Assembly (NCBI GenBank): GCA_022451235.1
Contig: JAKUOA010000006.1
Coordinates: forward strand, 44,413-108,412
Length of the DNA: 64,000 nucleotides
Source: Candidatus Thalassarchaeum sp.
GTDB lineage: Archaea; Thermoplasmatota; Poseidoniia; Poseidoniales; Thalassarchaeaceae
Direction of reading: 5' to 3'
Shown piece by piece: positions 51,919 through 61,828 of the stretch; position 1 is the stretch's first letter, and each line of letters begins with the position of its first letter. Position numbers and translations under genes: made by a program. The notes beneath the pieces are model-generated. The model saw nothing but the letters and a program-made list of their open reading frames with translations, ran no database searches and was not told where the DNA came from.

Positions 51919-53328
51919 TCAACCGATGCTTCCTTCCATTTCAAGGGCCATCAATTTGTTGAGTTCTACGGCATATTCCATCGGTAATTCACGGGTAAAC
52001 GGCTCAAAGAACCCATTGACAATCATCGCCAATGCTTCCTCCTCCGAGTGCCCCCTACTCATCAAATAGAATACTTGTTCATCACTAACCTTGGATACAC
52101 TCGCTTCGTGTTCACAACGAGCGCTTGGGTTTGCAACCTCCATTGTAGGGTAGGTATCGGAGCGAGATCCATCGTCTAATATGAGAGCATCACAGACAAC
52201 ATTCAATTTGCAATTCTCGGCCTTAGGAGATACTGATACCATCCCACGGTAGGAACCTCGACCACCATCTTTTGAAATTGATTTAGAGAGAATCTTCGAG
52301 GTTGTGTTACTCGCAAGATGGTGAATCTTTGCCCCAGCATCTTGGTGCTGACCTTTGCCGGAGTAAGCAACGGAAATTACCTCGGCATGGCTTCCTTCAC
52401 CCTTGAGGATAACAGCAGGATACTTCATTGTCAATTTACTGCCAATGTTACCATCCACCCATTCTATCTTCGCATTCTCATGAGCGATTCCGCGCTTTGT
52501 TACTAGATTGTAGACATTCGCACTCCAATTCTGAACAGTACTGTATCGGATGTGCGCTCCAGGTAGTGCAATTAATTCAACCACCGCAGAATGCAAAGAA
52601 TCGGTGGAGTAGGTTGGAGCAGTACAGCCTTCGACATAATGGATACTACTTCCCTCATCGGCAATAATCAGGGTTCTCTCAAATTGACCCATGTTCTTTG
52701 CATTAATTCGGAAGTAGGCCTGTACTGGCATCTCAACATGAACTCCCTTTGGAACGTAAATGAATGACCCACCAGACCAGACTGCTGTATTTAGGGCGCT
52801 GAATTTGTTGTCTTGAAATGGAACTACTGAACAAAACCATTTCTTGACAAGCTCAGGATATTCTTTCAGTCCAGAATCCATATCTAGGAAAATTACTCCC
52901 TGTTGCTCCAAGTCTTCTCGAATCGAGTGGTAGACTGCTTCTGATTCATATTGGGCAGTTACTCCTGATAGCCACTTTTGTTCTGCTTCTGGGATCCCTA
53001 GTTTATCGAACGTGTCACGAATATTTTCTGGTACATCTTCCCAGTCCTTTTCTGTTGCATCAGACGAACGAAGATAGTAACATATTGAATCGAAATCGAT
53101 TTCTTCCAACATTGACATATTGCCCCAAGTGGGCATCGGTCTATTTTCGAAGTGGTGAAATGCCTTGACTCGTATTTCAGTCATCCAATCTGGCTCATTT
53201 TTGAGAGCAGAGATGTCTCGAACCACTTGCTCGGATAGTCCGAAATCGAATCGAATTGTTGCATTTTCAGGGTCATGCCAGCCGGCTTTGTATTCGCCAA
53301 CTGCTTCACGTGCTTCCTTTGCTGCCAT
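51919..53328 (-). CDS. sufB: Fe-S assembly protein SufB
   Basis: [41 protein letters not shown]. Confidence 0.96.
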   Translation of the reverse strand: MAAKEAREAVGEYKAGWHDPENATIRFDFGLSEQVVRDISALKNEPDWMTEIRVKAFHHFENRPMPTWGNMSMLEEIDFDSICYYLRSSDATEKDWEDVPENIRDTFDKLGIPEAEQKWLSGVTAQYESEAVYHSIREDLEQQGVIFLDMDSGLKEYPELVKKWFCSVVPFQDNKFSALNTAVWSGGSFIYVPKGVHVEMPVQAYFRINAKNMGQFERTLIIADEGSSIHYVEGCTAPTYSTDSLHSAVVELIALPGAHIRYSTVQNWSANVYNLVTKRGIAHENAKIEWVDGNIGSKLTMKYPAVILKGEGSHAEVISVAYSGKGQHQDAGAKIHHLASNTTSKILSKSISKDGGRGSYRGMVSVSPKAENCKLNVVCDALILDDGSRSDTYPTMEVANPSARCEHEASVSKVSDEQVFYLMSRGHSEEEALAMIVNGFFEPFTRELPMEYAVELNKLMALEMEGSIG

Positions 53329-53351
53329 GTTTCTAACCATCCCTTTTTCTA

Positions 53352-54119
53352 TTAGGCGGATTTTTCCGCTTCTTCCAACCACTCGTATCCTCTTTCTTCC
53401 AGCTCAAGAGCCAGTTCTGGACCACCTGACTTGACTATTCTGCCCTTGATTAAGACATGCACCCTGTCTGGCTGGACGTGCTCGAGAATACGAGAATAGT
53501 GAGTGATAATCAAAGCACCAGAGTCAGTTCCTCGAACTGCGGCATTAATTCCTTTTGCTACAGTTCTAATTCCATCTATATCCAATCCAGAATCAGTCTC
53601 GTCTAATATTGCCAACTTTGGTTGAAGTAGCATTAGTTGTAAGATTTCAAAGCGCTTTTTCTCGCCGCCACTGAATCCATCGTTGACATACCTACCCAAG
53701 AATGAACGATCGATATCAAGTTCAGTCATAGAATCTTTCAGCTTTTTCCGAAATTCAGCACCTTTGGCTTCATCTTCACCTCTAATCGCGGCGACTGACT
53801 TTCGAAGGAAGTTTCCGACTTGTAAGCCTGGAACGGCTTGTGGGTATTGGAAAGAAAGGAAAACTCCTGCCCTTGCTCTCTCCCACGGCTCCATGTCCAA
53901 TAGATTCTCTCCATCTAGTTGCACACCTCCATCTGTGACCTCGAAATCTGGATGTCCCATGATAATATTCGCAGTAGTTGTCTTTCCACTTCCATTACGA
54001 CCCATTATGGCATGAATTTCGCCCGCGGGTATCTCGAGTTCAATTCCGCGAAGTATTGGTGTGTCGTCGATCCCAGCATGCAAATTTCTGATTTCGAGGA
54101 CAGGTATGTCAGATGCCAT
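53352..54119 (-). CDS. sufC: Fe-S assembly ATPase SufC
   Basis: [36 protein letters not shown]. Confidence 0.96.
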   Translation of the reverse strand: MASDIPVLEIRNLHAGIDDTPILRGIELEIPAGEIHAIMGRNGSGKTTTANIIMGHPDFEVTDGGVQLDGENLLDMEPWERARAGVFLSFQYPQAVPGLQVGNFLRKSVAAIRGEDEAKGAEFRKKLKDSMTELDIDRSFLGRYVNDGFSGGEKKRFEILQLMLLQPKLAILDETDSGLDIDGIRTVAKGINAAVRGTDSGALIITHYSRILEHVQPDRVHVLIKGRIVKSGGPELALELEERGYEWLEEAEKSA

Positions 54120-54161
54120 TGTTTTGCCTCGATTCTTGGTAGGAATCATCCCTTTTGAATC

Positions 54162-54180
54162 CGACCGTCATAGACGGTCG
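54162..54180. promoter_or_regulatory. 19-bp palindrome CGACCGTC-ATA-GACGGTCG in the divergent sufC / nfu-regulator promoter
   Basis: Read directly; operator role is inferred from position. Confidence 0.55.
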
Positions 54181-54237
54181 TTGCATCAAGCCAAAATAAT
54201 GGTCAATCAGAAGTAGGAGTGGCATCTCCGGCTTGGT

Positions 54238-54717
54238 ATGGATGATGGGGATGAACTAGCTGAGGCATATCGTCTACAAGTTGAGGCGATTATGCAAAAG
54301 GAGGCGGAAAAGAGAGTTTTAGAGGCTAACGATCCAGCAGAGCTGGATCGACTTCGTTCTTTGTCTCTAATAGAGTTGGTACAAAGTGACCACCCCGATC
54401 TAATACCTGCCCTGATGTCTAGACTCGGTCCGGTTAGAGCTGCTCTCGATGGCCATGGTGGTGGACTAATACTGGCAAAATCTGGTGTTGAGAAAATGCA
54501 TTCCGGAACAGATGCATTATCACTGGTCATCGATTTGGATGGTGCTTGCGTCTCCTGTGGGGCTGCACCGGGAACTCTGAAAGGAATCCAGGATGATTTA
54601 TTGATCGATGATGAAGTATTATCTGTGAGTTTTTCTGCTCAGATGTTGGAATGGTTTGATGATTTACAACGCGAGTTTGTGTTAAAGCACGGCGGAGTAA
54701 CTTTTGTTGAGGTGTGA
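54238..54717 (+). CDS. NifU C-terminal (Nfu-type) Fe-S carrier
   Basis: 'VRAALDGHGGG...LDGACVSCG...TLKGI' Nfu CxxC domain. Confidence 0.85.
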   Translation: MDDGDELAEAYRLQVEAIMQKEAEKRVLEANDPAELDRLRSLSLIELVQSDHPDLIPALMSRLGPVRAALDGHGGGLILAKSGVEKMHSGTDALSLVIDLDGACVSCGAAPGTLKGIQDDLLIDDEVLSVSFSAQMLEWFDDLQREFVLKHGGVTFVEV

Positions 54718-55184
54718 ACTTGGACGCTGAAAGACTTGAAGCTCTTCGTTCTGCTCACCAGGCAGATGGAGTGCGACGCTCCAAACGTCACTCTGTTAGG
54801 GTCGAAGATTACCTTGAGGTCTTACATGAATTAGAACTGGTTGAAGGTCGGGCAAAGCCTGCACGAATTGCAGAATCATTGGCAGTCGCTCGACCTTCCG
54901 TAACTAAGATGTTGCAAAGGCTAGACGAAGAAGGTCTGGTTGAGTACAAACGCTATCATGGTGCCGTCCTTACAAGAGAAGGCAGAATAGCCGCGGCAAG
55001 TTTACGCGAAAGACATAGCCTTTTAGTCAGATTTCTAATCGTTCTTGGAGTAGATGAAGAAACTGCGCATATCGATACCGAGGGTATCGAACATCATTTT
55101 CACGAAAAGACCCTTGATGCTCTCAGTAGATTGGTAGAAAAAGCGGAGACCGACCCCGATTGGTGGGGGTCTCGTAATCGATGA
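54714..55184 (+). CDS. DtxR/MntR family metal-dependent repressor
   Basis: EDYLE, IAESL.V.RPSVTKML, LT.EG, RH.LL..FL..LGV, EGIEH. Confidence 0.92.
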   Translation: MNLDAERLEALRSAHQADGVRRSKRHSVRVEDYLEVLHELELVEGRAKPARIAESLAVARPSVTKMLQRLDEEGLVEYKRYHGAVLTREGRIAAASLRERHSLLVRFLIVLGVDEETAHIDTEGIEHHFHEKTLDALSRLVEKAETDPDWWGSRNR

Positions 55185-55188
55185 AATC

Positions 55189-55821
55189 CTATATTGATTC
55201 TAATTGAGAAATTGCAGTTGCTGCAAAGCCGAGCACTGTTACTTCCTCTCCTTCGACTAATCGAGTATCAAGAGAGGCAGCACCTGCCAAATCATATGCC
55301 CCTGCCTTTCCTTTCCACGACTCGCTACTTACCAATTCAATGAGTCTCTCTTGAGACAATTCGTCGAATTCAACAACTGCTGAATCCGTCCAAATATCTG
55401 CGCTCCATCCACCATGAAGTGAATGTTCACCGTCGCCATTTGGAGGATATACTAGGGCGGTTGAGGACCATACACGATGTCGGTTTCCAGAAAGTCTCAG
55501 GAGCATAGCCATGGCGTGTTGTTCATCCTCAGGTTTTCCCATCGGCATTAATGGGTCATCAGGGTCAGCAACAATGGTGTCTGAAACGATCACAACTTCG
55601 GCTAATTTTTTTCCCGCCATTTGGCTTACAACACCTTCTCTAGCGGCCGCTTTCGCCTTGGCAGCACAGGTAAATTCAACCTGTTCATTTACTGGCGCAC
55701 CCCAGCGTGGTTTCGGTTCTTCGAAAATTAATGCAGCGGCGCTTAGTTCGAAATTTGCAAATCTTTCTTTCAACCAAGTCAAGCGTCTTTCAGAAGCAGA
55801 TGCTAAATGCAATCTGCGCAT
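55189..55821 (-). CDS. maf: Maf family nucleotide pyrophosphatase
   Basis: LASAS.RR, SDTIV, GKP, LSG..H.V, GKAGAY. Confidence 0.88.
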   Translation of the reverse strand: MRRLHLASASERRLTWLKERFANFELSAAALIFEEPKPRWGAPVNEQVEFTCAAKAKAAAREGVVSQMAGKKLAEVVIVSDTIVADPDDPLMPMGKPEDEQHAMAMLLRLSGNRHRVWSSTALVYPPNGDGEHSLHGGWSADIWTDSAVVEFDELSQERLIELVSSESWKGKAGAYDLAGAASLDTRLVEGEEVTVLGFAATAISQLESI

Positions 55822-55830
55822 GATTAACCC

Positions 55831-58800
55831 TCATAGATTAATTCGAAATGCACAGATAGGACAACGCGTCATTTTTAGGTCGAATGCGACATCAAATTGA
55901 CTCCCACATTCTGGACAAAGCACTGGCTTGTTCAAGGGAGGGAGTCCAGGTAAAGTCGTTGCATCTCCCATCGGCGGTAATGGCTTAGCGACCACCCCGT
56001 CGTTTGTTGCAGTCTGTGTCATTTCTGGTATAGTCGTAGGTATTTCAGCCATCTCTGGTTGTGTTGTTCGCCGTTGTCGTCTTTCCCGTCTTGGTGATGT
56101 GTTCTCTACATTGATATCTACAACTTCGACAATGGAAGAAGTGTCTATTGCCTCAACGGGAATATCATCCTCATCGATAACATCCACTACATCATCTTCC
56201 AACATAATAACTCCTTGAACGCTTTTTCTTCTCCGACCACCGATCCAACGTATTGCACGTCCTGACATTACCGCCAAAACAATGGTACAGAGCAACAAAA
56301 CCGCAATTGCCACTCCGCCGAGTAAAATATTGAAACTTCCTTCGTCTAAACCAAGCTGGAATCGGAGTTCTTCTAGAATGTCCGTTGGACCTGTGTTTGG
56401 CTTACTATCGTCAATTACTGCCCTTATGACCCAACCTTGGGTTGAGGTGTGAATAATCACAGCCTCACCACTCGCAGATGAGCGACTTACTGAATGTAAC
56501 CAACCATCAGAAATCCGATTCGATATTGCCATCCAAGGAGTCTCTGAATTAATCATTCCGTACTGAACTTGAGGTCCACCTGGGCCCACCATATCATGCA
56601 TTACTTGAATTCCTCGAGAGGTTTCTATGAAGACAATTTGAGACAGACCTCTAGCAGAGAATTGCATAGAAGAATTTTCTATGATGTTGAAGGTATCATC
56701 AACTATACGAGTGATTAGTTCACTATCTATTCCCTCTCCCTCTTTCCAAGCAACAACTAGTCTATCTTCTTCGTCTATTGTGTTCACCTTCATCTGGGGC
56801 AAAGAGGCATAATCGCCGACCGCCTTCTTGTAAGTCCACGATGATTGTTTGATATCTCCATGAGCATACCAAAGACCTAGTCGGTCATTTCCTGTGGTGT
56901 CGTTACGCATTGATTGGTAGAGGATATGACCATCCTCCTCGCCATACTCAATTTGTACTGGATCTGTATACCCCGCAATCACATCGATATCAGAAATAGC
57001 ATTTGGAGTAAGTCTCCAATCGTTAGAAGAAGTGGGAGCGTCTGCTTCTAAGATGAATATACTAGTTAGATCCTGAAAACTGCCGCCAGTCAACAAGTCA
57101 CGATGATATCCAGCAACTAATAATTTTGTTCCATCAACATCGATGTCGATACCCCAATATTTACCATCGGATAATAGAATTGGATCCATCAAATCTTGGA
57201 TTGGTCGCATCTCACAAGCAGAGTCTATTGTGGAGTATGAAACCGTCTGCTTAAGATAACCACTAGTATCTAGGAAGCGCCGACTCCAAACTATGTGTGC
57301 GATACCATCTGAGGTAGGGGCCGCGACAAAATCACCAGACCATTTTTCTTCCAACATATTTGAGCAGGCAGTCATTCCTTTGTTGGAGTTGAGTCTGTAA
57401 AGCGCCAGCCCTCCATCTTTCGATGTTACGACAATTCCTTCTCCATCTAAGTCGATTACTTCGACGGGTGTTTCTCCAGTTTGGAAGTTTAATCCTCTTC
57501 CTCCTGAGACTGTGCTCTTTTCGATCAGTATGCTCCATTCTGCTTGATTATTTGACCAGTCGATATCCGATAGAACAGGTCCGCTAAGGCTGATTCGGAA
57601 TTTGAAAGCGCCACTTTCTTCATTTGTTTGGGCGAATGAAACTGTCTCAGCATAACCACCTTCTATTCTAGGGATTGTAGTTGAGGAGGTTAACTCCCAT
57701 CCTCTTTCAGTGTAAAGGTGGAGTTGCGCCTCTATTTGTTCAGCAGCTGATGAACCTAAATTATCTACACGGGCATTAATTTTGAACTGCTCTCCCGGTC
57801 TTGGAATTGTAGGAGTGGTGGTAAATGCGCCGTTTGAAAAAGCCAAATCGACTCCTTCCGGTCTATCAATCACATCAAATTCAATACTTTGGTCATTATT
57901 TGTCTCATCGATTTCGAGTATTGCATCACCTGGGTCTAAGGCGATACTAAGCTCACGTTGACCTACAGATAGAGGATTCCAGTAAAGTGTCACATCTACA
58001 ATATCGCCGGAGTCGATTGTGGGTATGGTCAACTCATATTTTCTGGTACCTTCCTCAAGTAGGAAAACAACGACATTAGTAGCTGATTCATCGCCATCAT
58101 TACGAATTTCAGCGCTAACATCGACGAAGGAGTTAACGTAGGTTTCTGACAGAGGTATACCCCATTCTGATACAGTTATTCCACTTCTGAACATCAAGTC
58201 AGGAGCAGGTGGTTGATTATCGATATCCAAAGTGACCCTGACTTCCTCAGAGCGAACACTTGTGCCACTGACGAAACGTAATGATATGCGATGTGAACCG
58301 TCTGGATGTTCGGTAGAATCCCAAATGAAATTGAACATATCCGTTGTGCCACCTGAGCCAGTGTAGGTTCTTTCATCAACCCAATCTTCCTTACCTATTC
58401 GCCACTGCAGGGTGCCACCATTAACGGTTTCATATTCGCCTTCAAATTGGACATTACCTTCAACGAAATTTTGTCCACTTGGGCTGTCCAAAGTTAGAGA
58501 TACTCGACCAATATCGTGATTTTGTCTTTGTTTATTGCTCCATTGATCCCATTCATTACGAGCCTGTACCGAGATTTTGATTTCCAAGGCGTTAATTTCA
58601 TCCTCTTCAAAGTCAGGAATAGAGAAATCAGTAGTCCAATTTACTGTGCCTTGAGCAGTGTGCCAATCGACAAGAATTTCTTCCTGAGTCGGCGACCCCT
58701 CAGGTTTGTGGGTGTAGGTGATTTTGACCTGAACTTCTTCTATCGTTCCATTTGTCTCCGCATCTTCGTCGATATGCCCTCTGACTGAATAGGTCTCACC

Positions 58801-60633
58801 TTCTACTAGCCAAGAATCCTCAATCGGCCTTTCATAAACTAACCAATCACCCTCTCCTGGAGGTGGCGGTTCTGTTGTGTTCCCTCCTCCGTTATTTCCT
58901 CCACCATCTCCTAACAGAGCGGATAAAATCAGATTCCCATCAATTATTCCAAATCCATATTTCTCATTCCAAGTATCCGAAATATCTGGTTCAGATGCCT
59001 CCCCCTTCGGTTCGGAATTTTCTCTCAATAATTCCTTTACTTCGGCAGGATTCAGATCTAGTCCTTCCTCTTCGCTAATTTGTAAAATCACTGCTACCAA
59101 ACCTGCTACTGCGGGACATGCCATACTCGTCCCACTCATTTCCGTATAGCTATCTTCAGCAAGTGGTTTTGGTGTACCAGGTAATTGGCTTGATGAAGCA
59201 GCATGCGCTGCAGAATTCATATCGCTTCCTGGTGCTACCACGTCTGGCTTGAGTTCCTCTTCTCTGTCGTCGTCCCCATCGTCTTCTCTAGGGCCGGAAT
59301 TAGAGTATGAAGCAATCGAATCGTCGCCTCTATCGATGGTATCTTTATCATCAATTGACCCAACTGTAATTGCTTGGTCTGCGGCTCCTACAGAAGTGAC
59401 CCTTCTTCTTCCATCATTTCCAATCGCTGCGACGGGAACTATACCTGCCTCAGCCGCTTGGTTTACCGCACGGGCGTCTGCAGCAGACCCGTTATCTCCG
59501 GGGTCATCGCCATTTGGATCACCGAGGCTACCGAAAGACATTGACATGACTTGGATTCCTTCGCTAGAGTCATTATTACCCCAGTCGGTATCTACATTGG
59601 CAGCTACCCAATTTATTCCCTTTAGTGTTGCAGCGGAATTGGTGCCCCCTGTATCAGTCATGACTTTGACATCCACTAGGTATGCGCCTGGGGCATAACC
59701 CTGATTTATTCGTCTTGAATCTCCTGTGCCAAGTGCAATTCCTGCTACATGAGTCCCATGTCCATCTCCATCATCAGGATCGTGCGTGCCTTCGTTATTG
59801 CATTCATTTTGATTCAACGAAGTGGCATCACAACCGGCGATCCACTTTGGGTCTGGAAGATCTTCGGGATCATTCTCATTATCATCGTTATCATCCGAAA
59901 AATCGTCTAAGGAGAAGTGTTCATTATCGACTCCTGTATCGAGAATAGCAATTACAATCCCCGAACCATCGTAACCGAAGTCTCGCATAGTTTCGTCATA
60001 TCGTTCTGAATCTCGTACCTTGGAACCTCTAGTAGCGGTATCTAGTGATGGAACAATTACATTCTGTTCCTCGACCATAACAACCCCATCAAGTTGCCAA
60101 ATCTCAATTAAAGCACTAACTGGCACATGGTCGAGAACTATACTGTCTAGAATATCCATTTCGAAGAACCAAGATCCCTCTTGCTCCCAACCATGAGATT
60201 CGAGAACTTCTCTTAGAGCAGCCGTATCGCTAGGGCCTGGGTGCCAAGCGTAATCAACAACGATTGCAACAGTAGGTCTACCATCTAGTCCAATTATTGC
60301 TGTAGAGGAAACTGATTCACGTTGACCAGCGATGATTCTTTGCAAACGATCATCCATACCATCAGAATCCAAATCGTACCAATAGCTGAACCACCACCCC
60401 TCTTCCTCTACAGGGAATCCTGCATCAAAGGGAGGACTTCTAACAGATCTATCTATGGGGTCGCATATGACCTCTCCACACATTAATGCAGGTGGCCAAT
60501 TTCCCGGCCTTTCTTTGCTAGGCAAATCTTCGGTTTGAATGGCTGTGGATGCAGATACCCCTACTCCCATATCCATGACTAGAATCATTGCAACTAGCAC
60601 CAGCGGGGTGAGGTTTAGGCGTCTTCCAGACAT
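55831..60633 (-). CDS. Membrane-anchored S8 subtilisin-like protease with CARDB/Ig domains and cytoplasmic Zn ribbon
   Basis: ILDTG, GHGTHVAG and SGTSMACP triad; CARDB-like 'EIDETNNDQ'; TM; C-terminal CPECG...CPIC. Confidence 0.92.
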   Translation of the reverse strand: MSGRRLNLTPLVLVAMILVMDMGVGVSASTAIQTEDLPSKERPGNWPPALMCGEVICDPIDRSVRSPPFDAGFPVEEEGWWFSYWYDLDSDGMDDRLQRIIAGQRESVSSTAIIGLDGRPTVAIVVDYAWHPGPSDTAALREVLESHGWEQEGSWFFEMDILDSIVLDHVPVSALIEIWQLDGVVMVEEQNVIVPSLDTATRGSKVRDSERYDETMRDFGYDGSGIVIAILDTGVDNEHFSLDDFSDDNDDNENDPEDLPDPKWIAGCDATSLNQNECNNEGTHDPDDGDGHGTHVAGIALGTGDSRRINQGYAPGAYLVDVKVMTDTGGTNSAATLKGINWVAANVDTDWGNNDSSEGIQVMSMSFGSLGDPNGDDPGDNGSAADARAVNQAAEAGIVPVAAIGNDGRRRVTSVGAADQAITVGSIDDKDTIDRGDDSIASYSNSGPREDDGDDDREEELKPDVVAPGSDMNSAAHAASSSQLPGTPKPLAEDSYTEMSGTSMACPAVAGLVAVILQISEEEGLDLNPAEVKELLRENSEPKGEASEPDISDTWNEKYGFGIIDGNLILSALLGDGGGNNGGGNTTEPPPPGEGDWLVYERPIEDSWLVEGETYSVRGHIDEDAETNGTIEEVQVKITYTHKPEGSPTQEEILVDWHTAQGTVNWTTDFSIPDFEEDEINALEIKISVQARNEWDQWSNKQRQNHDIGRVSLTLDSPSGQNFVEGNVQFEGEYETVNGGTLQWRIGKEDWVDERTYTGSGGTTDMFNFIWDSTEHPDGSHRISLRFVSGTSVRSEEVRVTLDIDNQPPAPDLMFRSGITVSEWGIPLSETYVNSFVDVSAEIRNDGDESATNVVVFLLEEGTRKYELTIPTIDSGDIVDVTLYWNPLSVGQRELSIALDPGDAILEIDETNNDQSIEFDVIDRPEGVDLAFSNGAFTTTPTIPRPGEQFKINARVDNLGSSAAEQIEAQLHLYTERGWELTSSTTIPRIEGGYAETVSFAQTNEESGAFKFRISLSGPVLSDIDWSNNQAEWSILIEKSTVSGGRGLNFQTGETPVEVIDLDGEGIVVTSKDGGLALYRLNSNKGMTACSNMLEEKWSGDFVAAPTSDGIAHIVWSRRFLDTSGYLKQTVSYSTIDSACEMRPIQDLMDPILLSDGKYWGIDIDVDGTKLLVAGYHRDLLTGGSFQDLTSIFILEADAPTSSNDWRLTPNAISDIDVIAGYTDPVQIEYGEEDGHILYQSMRNDTTGNDRLGLWYAHGDIKQSSWTYKKAVGDYASLPQMKVNTIDEEDRLVVAWKEGEGIDSELITRIVDDTFNIIENSSMQFSARGLSQIVFIETSRGIQVMHDMVGPGGPQVQYGMINSETPWMAISNRISDGWLHSVSRSSASGEAVIIHTSTQGWVIRAVIDDSKPNTGPTDILEELRFQLGLDEGSFNILLGGVAIAVLLLCTIVLAVMSGRAIRWIGGRRRKSVQGVIMLEDDVVDVIDEDDIPVEAIDTSSIVEVVDINVENTSPRRERRQRRTTQPEMAEIPTTIPEMTQTATNDGVVAKPLPPMGDATTLPGLPPLNKPVLCPECGSQFDVAFDLKMTRCPICAFRINL

Positions 60634-60702
60634 GGCTCTGCAAGCAGAGCCAGCGTAGTTCGGGGTATAAGCCGAACCCGTACAAGAGCCATCAAGAGGC
60701 CA

Positions 60703-61680
60703 TCATGGCCAGTTGATATGATTTTTCGAGTGAGCGCATTTTAGGGTACAATTCTGCCCTGATATTACAGCATGAACCTCTCCGCTACAAACAGGGCAGA
60801 GTACCTGTTCTGCAAGCTCCTCTAACCAGGCTCTTCGAGTCTCAAGTTCATCACCTTCTTCTCTAAGCCTCTTGAGTATTCTAGCAGCCTCCTCTTTCAA
60901 ACCATCCCCTGCTTCTGACCAAGGGTCCGAATCAAGACTACCCATCTTCGCAGTGGCCGCTTCTCTTGCCGCCTTCGATGCCGTAGAACCCGCTATGGAA
61001 ATATCGCTGGAATCATCTAATTTCGACGGTGCGCCTCTAGCGATTGGTCTTGCTAAAATCCAAGCAAGCATAAATCCTCCAAGATGGGCCATATGCGCCA
61101 CATTTGTTACTGATTGTTCTGCTTCGATTTGGTACACATTCCAGACTTCAATACCTAGTCTGAATGCTACAATTCCCCAAACAGGCCAAGCTCGAATGAT
61201 GAAGAGCAGAGGGAATTCAATACGATCATTCGGCCAGCAAGCCATGTAAGCCCCAAGAATGCCGAAGGCCGCCCCACTCGCACCAATGGCGGGGCTTATC
61301 GAATCAGGATGGGTTAGCACCCATGCGATATTGCCTCCTAATAGACCAAGGAAGTAAACCAATATCCAGCGTAATTTACCCATTCGTTGTTCAAGGGGAA
61401 CACCTGCTAGAGCGATCACCAATATATTACCTAGAACGTGAATCCAATTTGCATGAAGCCAAGCACAGGTAATAAATCGATGAATCTGGTCGGGATGATC
61501 TGCAATTTTTGGGATTATTGAAAGAAAGGCAATAGGTGTAAAATCGAGGAACCCCATATCGATAATCATCTGAAAGAAAGTTACCAATAATAATGATAAA
61601 ACTGTGGCTAGGGCTATGCTTGTATCTTGTTTCCAAGCTACGATATATGGTGTTGTTGCAATTACTAGAAACAACACCAA
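60703..61680 (-). CDS. Rhomboid family intramembrane serine protease with C-terminal Zn-finger-like domain (5' end uncertain)
   Basis: LHANWIHVLGN, GASGA, AHMAHLGG; C-terminal CPVC...CAHSKNH. Confidence 0.9.
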   Translation of the reverse strand: MVLFLVIATTPYIVAWKQDTSIALATVLSLLLVTFFQMIIDMGFLDFTPIAFLSIIPKIADHPDQIHRFITCAWLHANWIHVLGNILVIALAGVPLEQRMGKLRWILVYFLGLLGGNIAWVLTHPDSISPAIGASGAAFGILGAYMACWPNDRIEFPLLFIIRAWPVWGIVAFRLGIEVWNVYQIEAEQSVTNVAHMAHLGGFMLAWILARPIARGAPSKLDDSSDISIAGSTASKAAREAATAKMGSLDSDPWSEAGDGLKEEAARILKRLREEGDELETRRAWLEELAEQVLCPVCSGEVHAVISGQNCTLKCAHSKNHINWP

Positions 61681-61828
61681 TGCCGCCCAATCAGACCCTG
61701 TTAGGTCGGACCAAACAAACTCATAATCTGCGGTAGCCAGCTCTCTCCCTCGGGCCTCGACAGAGCCTCTATGTGCATAGGGACTTCGATGGAACTACTC
61801 AAACGCAGGCTGCTAGTGGGGGATTATC

